Source: Nanobdellota archaeon (GTDB lineage Archaea > Nanobdellota > Nanobdellia > Parvarchaeales > Parvarchaeaceae). From it: a DNA stretch of 64,000 nucleotides. Shown one piece after another: positions 10,044-17,869 of the stretch. The DNA is taken from NCBI GenBank assembly GCA_021791655.1, contig JAJYWD010000003.1, positions 166-64,165 of the forward strand, written 5' to 3'. A program made the position numbers and the translations under genes. The notes beneath the pieces were generated by a model. It did not search any database, had not been told where the DNA came from, and worked only from the letters and a program-made list of their open reading frames with translations. Within the stretch, counting starts at the first letter, position 1, and every line of letters starts with the position of its first letter.

Positions 10044-10126
10044 TGCAGAGGGTGGGATTCGAACCCACGAAGGCCTAAGCCATAAGGTCCTTAGCCTTAC
10101 GCGTTTGACCGCTTCGCTACCTCTGC
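10044..10126 (-). tRNA. tRNA-Leu (class II, long variable arm); the anticodon reads AAG as written
   Basis: The reverse complement is GCAGAGG TA GCG AAGCGGTCAAA CGC G TAAGG CTAAGGA CCTTA TGGCTTAGGCCTTC GTGGG TTCGAAT CCCAC CCTCTGC A. CCA is not encoded. Confidence 0.75.
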
Positions 10127-10166
10127 TAAGAATAACAAAACCTTTTCCATTTTATAATCTTTGGTA

Positions 10167-11117
10167 TCAATAAATGCGCTTACCTTTTTGCCCATTCCCC
10201 CTGAGATAGGATATCCACACGAACAAAAACAGCGATACAACAAGGAGGGCGCCCCCTATAACGGTTATTAAAAGGATGAAGTAACTTATCGCCGAGTTAT
10301 TGAGATAGCTCAGAATGTTGGCCTGCACTCCGAATACGTATGGGTATCTCGTTATATTAACAAAAAGAACCGCAAGGAACACCCAAGCTAAGGACAAATA
10401 ACGCGTAAATCTGAAATCTAGGAGGAAAAGCATGACGTCCACAAGAAGTATCGCAATCACAGTACCGAAAAGAATTGAATATGAGGACAAGCCATAAAGA
10501 AGCAATGGCGCATACAAATATGACCCAAGAAACATCAACGCAATGGACAGAAAAACTGATAAAATACCGAGCCACCATATTTTGCGTAGCCTAAAGTAAA
10601 CCACCGACAGAAAAACCGACAACAGGGCGACCGAAACAAATACCAAAAGATTGAAGCCGTTAAAGAAAATGCCGAGTAAATTTATCGAGACGTCGCTTAC
10701 GTTTACCCCTATCCCGCTTAAACCAGAGCTGAATATTGAGACTGTTATAAACGCCGCAAAGAGGGTAGCTACCGCATACGCCCTCACGTATTTTTTCTGA
10801 AGAATGCCGTCCGATTCGTATTCTGAATAAACCAGAAATATATTCCTAAGTATAAACAGCAAAGCACCTGATAGTACCGGCACTATGAATATGTAGCCCA
10901 CAACATTCAAAAGGGTAGGAAAAGTCGCCTCGAAGTTTACAACATAAAATACAGCAAAAGTGCCTATTATCTCCCATAACGGAAGAAAAAGCCGCCTTAT
11001 GCTCTTCGTATAGTCGCCGTAAGACACTATAGAAGCGATTATGGTGCTGATCTCGAACACAAAAAAGGTGAAGAAAACGGAAAATATCACTATATCTACA
11101 AGGAAAAATAGATTCAT
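10167..11117 (-). CDS. cydB: cytochrome bd oxidase subunit II-like membrane protein
   Basis: Polytopic membrane protein. 4-nt overlap with the cydA stop, the usual cydAB arrangement. Confidence 0.55.
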   Translation of the reverse strand: MNLFFLVDIVIFSVFFTFFVFEISTIIASIVSYGDYTKSIRRLFLPLWEIIGTFAVFYVVNFEATFPTLLNVVGYIFIVPVLSGALLFILRNIFLVYSEYESDGILQKKYVRAYAVATLFAAFITVSIFSSGLSGIGVNVSDVSINLLGIFFNGFNLLVFVSVALLSVFLSVVYFRLRKIWWLGILSVFLSIALMFLGSYLYAPLLLYGLSSYSILFGTVIAILLVDVMLFLLDFRFTRYLSLAWVFLAVLFVNITRYPYVFGVQANILSYLNNSAISYFILLITVIGGALLVVSLFLFVWISYLRGNGQKGKRIY

Positions 11118-12556
11118 GGGCCCTCCAGCTCTTCCTTCAACGGTCTTCGCTTGTATATTTTATTCAGGAACCACACCGAGACGGGCAGGATCACAGCAAA
11201 GAAGACTATTATAGCCGTTGCAATCGGGACTATGGATGGTGATGGGTTAGCGGCATCGCTGACCAGCATAACGTTGTATATTATCCATGGCTGCCTGCCC
11301 AGCTCTGCTAGTATCCATCCATCCTCGAGCAGAATGACGCTGAGTACACCTATCAAAATGAACAATATCAGAACTTTTCTATTTGTAAGCACATCACCGG
11401 CAAAACCAAGCCTTTTCACTAGATTATACGGCTTGCGTCCCAATAAGTTTGGCTTCTTGTTCACCATAACGAGCAATAAAACTATAACTAGGATTATGAC
11501 CAATAAGAAACCACCGCCCACCATAAAATCGAATAAATCGTGTATGAATAGGGGTGGCCACGTGCTCTGTGGGAACTGATTTAGGCCAGGCACAGGCCCG
11601 GTTATACCTTCAAATGAAAGCAGAAGACTCTGTAATCCCGGAACAGGTAGCGCATACTGTACGGTGCCATTGACATATATGCCGCCGAGTAATTCGGGCG
11701 CGTTTGTCTGATTCACTAGGTTTAATTCTAATGCTGCATACTTCTCTGGCTGTACACTGTATAGGCTGCTTATCGACTTTATACCACCGTAGACGGTTAT
11801 TATACTCGTTACAAGGGTTATTAAAAATAGCAAGGTTATGGCTTTCTTGTAGTAAGTCTTCTCGACTTCGCTTTTGGCCCTCAAAAACATAAAAGACATC
11901 GCTAAAAGGAATATAGCAGAGCCGGCGAAAAACGAGCTACCCAGTACGTGAAATACTTCAATGGCGGTTGACGGCGTGTTAAACGCAGCCAATGGATTTA
12001 CTCCGGTTATGGCTCCCGTAGTTAGGTACGTACTTATATTAAATCCGGCAGGGGTGTTCATAAAAGCGTTTATCATGGTTATAAGAAGGCCGGAAGCGGC
12101 TGCTCCCACCGCCACCACTATACCTGGCAGTAGATGCGTGTATTTGCCAGAAAATTTGTCCCAGGAGTAGATGTATATTCCTAAAAATATTGATTCCGCA
12201 AAGAAAGCAAATACCTCCACATAGAAGGGGAGGATGGAAACCTGGCTTACCAATGCCATAAACTTCGGCCACAGTGTGAATAGCTCTACGGCGACCAGAG
12301 TACCGGATGCCGCGCCCACGGCAAAGAAAACTACGAGCGCTATGGAAAGCCTCCTTGCAAGAACCAGATAAAACTTGTCGTTGTTACGCTTCCCTAGGTA
12401 TTCCGCAAGTAACATTATTACCGGCAGAGCTATCCCTATGGATGCTAAGATTATGTGTACACCCAAAGAGAATCCCTGCGCAATCCTGTCAAACGTAACT
12501 GGGTCAAGCAGCATAGCAAACCGATAAATGATATCGCTGATATGACTTATAAACAT
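11114..12556 (-). CDS. cydA: cytochrome bd ubiquinol oxidase subunit I
   Basis: N-terminal MLDPVTFDRIQ...FHFLF-like helix 1, a W..F/GW region and the Q-loop resemble CydA. Confidence 0.75.
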   Translation of the reverse strand: MFISHISDIIYRFAMLLDPVTFDRIAQGFSLGVHIILASIGIALPVIMLLAEYLGKRNNDKFYLVLARRLSIALVVFFAVGAASGTLVAVELFTLWPKFMALVSQVSILPFYVEVFAFFAESIFLGIYIYSWDKFSGKYTHLLPGIVVAVGAAASGLLITMINAFMNTPAGFNISTYLTTGAITGVNPLAAFNTPSTAIEVFHVLGSSFFAGSAIFLLAMSFMFLRAKSEVEKTYYKKAITLLFLITLVTSIITVYGGIKSISSLYSVQPEKYAALELNLVNQTNAPELLGGIYVNGTVQYALPVPGLQSLLLSFEGITGPVPGLNQFPQSTWPPLFIHDLFDFMVGGGFLLVIILVIVLLLVMVNKKPNLLGRKPYNLVKRLGFAGDVLTNRKVLILFILIGVLSVILLEDGWILAELGRQPWIIYNVMLVSDAANPSPSIVPIATAIIVFFAVILPVSVWFLNKIYKRRPLKEELEGP

Positions 12557-12619
12557 TCGGTGTTTAACCTCATTATAAAACGTGATATACGCACCTTAGA
12601 CTGGACAGAAATTAAGCGT

Positions 12620-12693
12620 GGGGCGGTGGTCTAGGTTGGTATGACACTGGTTTCGGGTGCCAGAGGTCCTGGGTTCAAATCCCAGCCGCCCCA
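12620..12693 (+). tRNA. tRNA-Pro (anticodon CGG)
   Basis: GGGGCGG TG GTCT..GAC A CTGGT TTCGGGT GCCAG AGGTC CTGGG TTCAAAT CCCAG CCGCCCC A. Confidence 0.85.
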
Positions 12694-12751
12694 GCCGGGT
12701 GCCGATTACATAAATTTGCAGAAATTACGGCTCTTTAGCGTTTGGAGCGTA

Positions 12752-13108
12752 TCAGTTTCTTATATAACCTCTAGCCGAGCCGACGCTTAGAGCGCATGCA
12801 CCAGTTAATTTCGTCCGTTTCTCAAAAAATTTCAACATATTACTGCCGGTGCCTCTCCTCCAATATTTGTAGTCAACAGCTATGGCATCGATTATTATGC
12901 CCCTCTCATCTATGTGCCCCACACACGTCCCAATAAGCTCAGTGTGGTCGTACGCCACTATAAAAAGCCCAGAAAAACTGTTATACAGATTTCTGAAGTC
13001 AGAAAAAGGACTTCTCTCTACATACACGCACTCTAATGTCCATGCTTTTTTTAGATCCTTCTGTGGGATTAGTTTCACTCTCATAAAGGCCAAGTCTTTT
13101 GGATACAC
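12752..13108 (-). CDS. GNAT-family N-acetyltransferase (short)
   Basis: Motif A-like IAVDYKYWRRGTGSNML. Confidence 0.5.
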   Translation of the reverse strand: MYPKDLAFMRVKLIPQKDLKKAWTLECVYVERSPFSDFRNLYNSFSGLFIVAYDHTELIGTCVGHIDERGIIIDAIAVDYKYWRRGTGSNMLKFFEKRTKLTGACALSVGSARGYIRN

Positions 13109-13189
13109 GGTTTTATCGGCTATGGCCTAACAAGTGTCATGTCGTTTCTTATGAAACGCTACATTACAAGTCCACGTCGTCTATGAAAA

Positions 13190-13345
13190 TCAGATGTAAT
13201 TCTCCTCGTCTCCCTGGTTTTCTACTTTCCCTTCTTCGTTCTCTTCCTCTTCTTCGGTGTCCTCGTCGTCGGAAGGTTCTTCATCAACGTCAACATCCTC
13301 GTCTTTAGATTTCTTGGTATTCTCCACTTTATCTTCCTTTTTCAT
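13190..13345 (-). CDS. small highly acidic protein of 51 aa
   Basis: MKKEDKVENTKKSKDEDVDVDEEPSDDEDTEEEEENEEGKVENQGDEENYI, preceded by AAAGGAGAG 10 nt upstream. The tracked TTG start 14 codons earlier lies inside the conserved leader block. Confidence 0.45.
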   Translation of the reverse strand: MKKEDKVENTKKSKDEDVDVDEEPSDDEDTEEEEENEEGKVENQGDEENYI

Positions 13346-13362
13346 AGGTTGTACACTCTCCT

Positions 13363-13403
13363 TTCCATTGTGACATCCTCCCACCAATGGATTGATGGGC
13401 TTC
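13363..13403 (-). promoter_or_regulatory. conserved 41-nt leader block, copy 1, forming a hairpin directly upstream of GGAGGAUG
   Basis: 38 of 41 positions are identical to 19248-19288. The minus-strand RNA reads GAAGCCCAUCAAUCCAUUGGUGGGAGGAUGUCACAAUGGAA. Confidence 0.55.
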
Positions 13404-13691
13404 CGGTTCCTGCTTCATAGACACGACTTGCATGCGGTTTCCCGCGGTGCATGGGCCGGATTCTCGACGGGCTTGACTTCCCCTCTGTCCAAGGGTAACT
13501 CCCTTTTGGGGAGTATTTTATCGGTCTTTCGACCGACCTTTTTTAGGTTTTACGTTTAGTCGACAACCTTTTATCTTAAGCATCGGTCTATTCCTTTTTG
13601 GGATAGACTTCATTATCGATATTATTGTTTTGTTTTCCGTCTATTTATGTTTTCCATCTTTGAGTCCACTCTCACCCCACCGCTAAAGCCT

Positions 13692-13721
13692 GTGGGATTT
13701 CCCGCTCACTATGATAAATTT
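13692..13721 (-). promoter_or_regulatory. putative promoter: TATA-like box with a GGGA-N2-TCCC inverted-repeat operator, copy 1
   Basis: On the minus strand, AAATTTATCATAGTGAGCGGGAAATCCCAC sits just after the pcd stop codon. Near-identical to 19469-19500. Confidence 0.45.
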
Positions 13722-14033
13722 TTACTGTTTGCCGGCAGGATTGGATTTGAATTTCAAAAATGCTTCCTCTATTTTCTTTGCTAGTTCCACGTCCATATCG
13801 GTGAGCGTTCCTGTTTTGTGGGTTGTTAGTTCAAATGTTACTCTGTCATAGCTTATGTAAACGTCAGGATGATGTTGGATTTGGTCGGCAAGCGGCCTTA
13901 CAACATTCAAGAAATCCATAGACTCGTCAAAATCCTCAAAGTTGAATGTCTTAGAAAGTGTGTTGCCAGTTACGAACCACCCTTGTATTTCGGACACCAT
14001 TTTCTCTGCGGACTCAGGAGTAAGTTCGTGCAT
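13722..14033 (-). CDS. pterin-4a-carbinolamine dehydratase
   Basis: Family signature HHPDVYISYDRVTFELTTHKTGTLTDMD. Confidence 0.75.
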   Translation of the reverse strand: MHELTPESAEKMVSEIQGWFVTGNTLSKTFNFEDFDESMDFLNVVRPLADQIQHHPDVYISYDRVTFELTTHKTGTLTDMDVELAKKIEEAFLKFKSNPAGKQ

Positions 14034-14051
14034 ATTTTATAGAAACAACAA

Positions 14052-14336
14052 TCATTTTAATAGCTTTCTGATTTTCTCGGTACACGACACGTCCTGGCGT
14101 AATGTTGCGCTGGAAAAGCTCTTCGCTATTTCTCTGATTGACTTGCCAAGTTTAGGGAGAAGGAGGGAGGAGTCTAGTTCGAAAAGCGGTATTGCTAAGA
14201 AGGCCCTGCTTGCTATCTCAGGATCGGGTATAACTATATCCGAATTTTCCATAATCACGTCGTCGTACAGTATAAGGTCCAAGTCTATTTCCCTCGGTGC
14301 ATTCTTGTCGGCGCTTCTTCTCCAGGAGATAGCTGA
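14052..14336 (-). pseudogene. folK: folK remnant: C-terminal half of HPPK only, with an in-frame TAA at 14337-14339 preceding it
   Basis: SAISWRRSADKNAPREIDLDLILYDD...IPDPEIASRAFLAIPLFEL aligns with HPPK W.PR.LDLDIL...PHP..R.FVL.PL.E. No N-terminal half is encoded. Confidence 0.55.
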
Positions 14337-14514
14337 TTATGTATATAAAAAAGTCAAAGCGCGAGGTGTGTTGGTGGTTATAAAAGCGAGACACATGTGC
14401 ATGGAGATGCGCGGTGCCAAATCGTACGGGGTCGAGACGCTATCCAGTGCGATAAGGGGCAGCTTCGAGAAGCGCCCCCATACCAAGGCGGAAGCGCTTA
14501 AACTTATAACTTAA
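14305..14514 (+). pseudogene. folE: folE remnant: C-terminal ~65 aa of GTP cyclohydrolase I only
   Basis: QEIADYVYKKVKARGVLVVIKARHMCMEMRGAKSYGVETLSSAIRGSFEKRPHTKAEALKLI matches the FolE C-terminus (EHLCMxMRG). The upstream part of the tracked ORF has no CEHH motifs and is antisense to pcd/folK. Confidence 0.55.
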
Positions 14515-14549
14515 TGCCAATTTAGATGCTGACATTCGCACACGACGTA

Positions 14550-15448
14550 TCAGAGCAATGAAAAACGACCGGCTACCCGGTTTTTTCCGACTGGAAGACT
14601 AGAGTCAAATAAAATGATTTTTCTAGACAACTTTACAATTGGCTTAGCAAATGAAATCGCCTTTAAATCGCTAGATACTGTGACCTGGAAGTTTCGCCCG
14701 AAAACTGGGGCTATCATGCTCTTTGACGCAGACAAATCACCCTTAAAAAGTTCTGACCTTTCAAGGTCTATTCTATAGTCCTTCGCAACCTCTTTTATGG
14801 AGGCTACTGCATAGTTATCTTCCATGTCCCTTTCGTTAACATTATTAAGTGCAAGGCCGACATGAGAGCCGGCCGGTGCCGATGAAACGTTCACATCCAT
14901 GACTTGAATGCTCTTTATGGTGACTTCTTTGCCGGAGGGCAGTAAAAACATCCCGTCTCCCTTGTTCACACTCGAACCGAAAACTAACCCCAAAAGGACC
15001 GTTCCGATTCCCTTGACTATAAAATGCTTATCTATCCCCACATAAGTAAACTTGTCACCACCGCCGCCCGTAGCAACGTTAGGAACCTGATCACCGAGTT
15101 TCAAAATAGGCATCTTACCAACCTTGTAAGAAGCGAATAGCTGTTTGAAACTTGAAGTATCTGAGTAGTCTGCGTGAACAACTACGCCAGCGCTTATATC
15201 CGAGAATTCCACAGCCAGTGCCAACTCTGCATCCAGTGCTGAAATACTATCTCCAAGGACAAAAACTACCGAATCGGACACTGACACGGCCCTTGAAAGT
15301 GCAGATACGGAGGAGGGATAGTCGGTAGGGTAAACAAACACATCCTCATTTCTGCCGCGCGCTAATTGAAGGTTATTTATGGAGTCCAGCTTCTTTTCTA
15401 TAAATCTGGACAGCAGCTCTTCGGATGCTGCGCTACTAGATAAAATTG
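14550..15448 (-). CDS. EF-Tu/EF-1alpha-like protein with a degenerate GTPase domain (no P-loop, NKxD lost) followed by EF-Tu domain 2 and a domain 3-like beta barrel
   Basis: Domain 2 signature HFIVKGIGTVLLGLVFGSSVNKGDGMFLLPSG.EVTIKSIQV...APAGSHVGLAL. ATG at 15448 preferred over the tracked TTG at 15548, which would add a TM-like segment and overlap coaD by 43 nt. Confidence 0.5.
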
Positions 15449-15475
15449 AAGCGATCATAACTAACACAGATAAGG

Positions 15476-15487
15476 TTAATATAAAAA
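15476..15487. promoter_or_regulatory. shared AT-rich TATA-like element between divergent genes (coaD on plus, EF-Tu-like on minus)
   Basis: TTAATATAAAAA lies 19 nt upstream of the coaD ATG and about 28 nt upstream of the minus-strand ATG at 15448. Both mRNAs would be leaderless or nearly so. Confidence 0.4.
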
Positions 15488-15505
15488 CACTGCTTAGTTT
15501 ATCAG

Positions 15506-16015
15506 ATGAAAAAGGCAGTGTATGCTGGAAGTTTTGACCCCGTAACAAATGGCCATTTATGGATTATTGGGCAGGGTGCGAAAATATTCGATGAACTTAT
15601 AGTCGCTGTGGGAGAAAACCCGCAGAAAGGGCACGAGTTTTCAGTTGCAGATAGAATACGGATGCTAAGGGGGTGCACAAAAAAATACAAGAATGTTACC
15701 ATCGACGGCTTTGAGGGTCAGTTCTTGGTAAGATACGCAAAATCAAAAGACGCCGAATTCGTGATCAGGGGGATAAGATCTAGTATTGATTATGAGTATG
15801 AGCGGGGCATCGCAAGAATAAATCAGGAACTTGAGCCGGCTATCCTTACCATTTGTCTAATTCCTCCCAAGGAACTATCAGAGATAAGCTCCAGCATGAT
15901 AAAGGGCCTCGTGAAAAGCCGGGGCTGGGAGACGGTGGTAAAGAGATACCTACCGAAAGAGATACACAAAGAGTTCATAGAGCACTTTTCAAGGCAAATT
16001 AATACACTGCAATAA
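15506..16015 (+). CDS. coaD: phosphopantetheine adenylyltransferase, bacterial CoaD type
   Basis: AVYAGSFDPVTNGHLWII (the (H/T)xGH nucleotidyltransferase motif), IRGIRS..DYEYE and ISSSMIKG match CoaD. Confidence 0.8.
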   Translation: MKKAVYAGSFDPVTNGHLWIIGQGAKIFDELIVAVGENPQKGHEFSVADRIRMLRGCTKKYKNVTIDGFEGQFLVRYAKSKDAEFVIRGIRSSIDYEYERGIARINQELEPAILTICLIPPKELSEISSSMIKGLVKSRGWETVVKRYLPKEIHKEFIEHFSRQINTLQ

Positions 16016-16032
16016 AATGTTAAATAATTAAC

Positions 16033-16108
16033 TGGTGGGCTCGGAGAGATTCGAACTCTCGGCCTCCTGCGTGTAAGGCAGACGTCATAACCGCTAGACC
16101 ACGAGCCC
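16033..16108 (-). tRNA. tRNA-Val (anticodon TAC), 3' CCA encoded
   Basis: The reverse complement is GGGCTCG TG GTCT..GAC G TCTGC CTTACAC GCAGG AGGCC GAGAG TTCGAAT CTCTC CGAGCCC A CCA. Confidence 0.85.
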
Positions 16109-16200
16109 AACTTATTTATTCTGTATTGTATTTTTATAAACTATTAAACGCTATTTCACTGAGATAGAGATTAATAATTAGAGCTATATAAAGTCTAATC

Positions 16201-16292
16201 GGGCTCGTAGCTCAATTCGGTAGAGCATCTGGCTCTTAAATTAAGGATTTAGAGCCACCAGAGTGTTGCGGGTTCAAATCCCGTCGGGCCCA
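16201..16292 (+). tRNA. tRNA-Lys (anticodon CTT) with an 18-nt intron after position 37
   Basis: GGGCTCG TA GCTC AATTCGGTA GAGC A TCTGG CTCTTA [AATTAAGGATTTAGAGCC] A CCAGA GTGTT GCGGG TTCAAAT CCCGT CGGGCCC A. An extended helix GGCTCT.AAAT/ATTTAGAGCC spans the intron junctions. Confidence 0.75.
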
Positions 16293-16621
16293 TTTATTTT
16301 GGATAAAAACTAAGGGATAATTCATATTGCCATTCCAAAACCACTTATTTATACTTTCTATCAATTGATTACATTCTAACTGCGCATAAATCCCAATCAG
16401 ATTTGGAATACTCAAATCAAGGTAATTCTTCCGCTATTTATATGATAGCCCACAATACAAAATCAGACGAGCGTTTCTTTTTAGTCAATTTGATTGATTT
16501 ACATAAGCTGCTATTTTAAAATGCGTCGCCATGTTGTTTTATTGGTGTCTATCTCTTCACATTATAAAAGTACTTAAACGCAGACCAGACTAAAAATAAT
16601 AGTACTCTTGATACTATTATT

Positions 16622-17089
16622 ATGAAACGTAAGAAAAAAAGGCCAAGGCTCACACTGTTATCCACTTTATGGATAGTCTTGATTTTATTGACAATAGTGG
16701 TATTTGCAGTTCGAATCAATAGTCCAGTCCACAATAAACAAACATATTTATTTGAGACGTCTAGATTCCCGTATCTTGTCGATGTTAATCATTCTTGTAC
16801 TTCTAACGGAACTTCCGTCGAATTTGGAAATGGAAATGACTTTAGTATACATTTAATTAGTGCACGGGTTGATGCATTTGACAACAAGACGATTATAAAC
16901 CCGCAGCTAACAAGCACGAATTCGATTAGACAGATTACGCCAGGAGAAGATTTTTCTGTATTATTCGTAAATTATACATGTTCTAGTCCCGGCGACATTT
17001 ATTCAGCAAATATAAGTATAAGCTTCTTAGACACAGAGACTAACCTAACTATAACTGACAATGGGACTATAATCGGAGTGTCCAGCTAA
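16622..17089 (+). CDS. hypothetical secreted or membrane-anchored protein in the low-GC island
   Basis: Basic N-terminus followed by a hydrophobic helix, then an N/S/T-rich mature part. Confidence 0.4.
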   Translation: MKRKKKRPRLTLLSTLWIVLILLTIVVFAVRINSPVHNKQTYLFETSRFPYLVDVNHSCTSNGTSVEFGNGNDFSIHLISARVDAFDNKTIINPQLTSTNSIRQITPGEDFSVLFVNYTCSSPGDIYSANISISFLDTETNLTITDNGTIIGVSS

Positions 17090-17869
17090 AATCGCTCTAA
17101 TTTTAGAAAATCACATAACTTTATAAAATTAGTGAAATTATGGGACAATGAGATAGACGAGAGCAGTACTCCCTACAGAAAAGTGTACACTTGCATGTTA
17201 AAATCTGTCAGTGCAGCAATGAAAGCCGGAAGAAAACGATGATTGCAAGTAAGTTATTGTGATTACAAGAGAACATTTTCTGCTGAGAGTTTTGCACAAC
17301 GCATATTAACTTCTTGTCAAAGACTTCTGAAATTAAAAATTTAAAAAATAAAAATCTGAACTCTAGAAAATTGTTAACAGTATATCTGATTATTCACGGA
17401 TTATCTTCGTTTTTTTGCTTTTTTCTTTTTTGCCATCTTATATAGAGACATTACTTACTTTTATAGATTTATGGGCAAAAACTGGGAATATTCTATTAGA
17501 TTATTATGCTGTTCGATCCGGTAAACGCAGGCGGGGTCAGAAGGAGTGGCATCGCCATTTAAATTATATGCTCTTGCACGGCTTGCACCACAAACACTTT
17601 TAAAATTGCATTCGTTACAATAGCTTACGAGTTTCCAATTTCATATTGCGTTTAGAACATCGTTTTCTCTGTAGATTTTGACTATGTTATTTTTCTTACA
17701 TTTCCAAGAGCCAGCGGTAAAAAGCTGCCAGATGATATTTTCCCAGTGCATTATACAAACACTATGCTATTTTCGTCATTACTCCACGTGGCACCCTATA
17801 TGAACATAAATACTGGTATACCTTCAAGTTCAATCAGTCTGGAACATAAGTAAAGTTTGTCTTTCTAAT

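Noticed and set aside
13942-14290. N-terminal two thirds of the 190-aa plus-strand ORF 13942..14514
   Set aside because: It lies antisense to the strongly supported pcd gene and to the folK fragment. It has no FolE N-terminal motifs (no CEHH). Only the 3' end (about 14305-14514) carries the FolE homology.
15449-15548. TTG start at 15548 that gives the EF-Tu-like protein an N-terminal TM-like segment
   Set aside because: It would overlap the well-supported coaD start by 43 nt and sit inside the shared TATA element. The ATG at 15448 with its own TATA about 28 nt upstream is more plausible. Not fully excluded.
17237-17287. Possible C/D-box sRNA (CGATGATTG ... TGATTA ... CTGA) in the AT-rich island
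   Set aside because: Boxes C and C' are imperfect and no D' box lies at the right spacing. It cannot be supported by eye.
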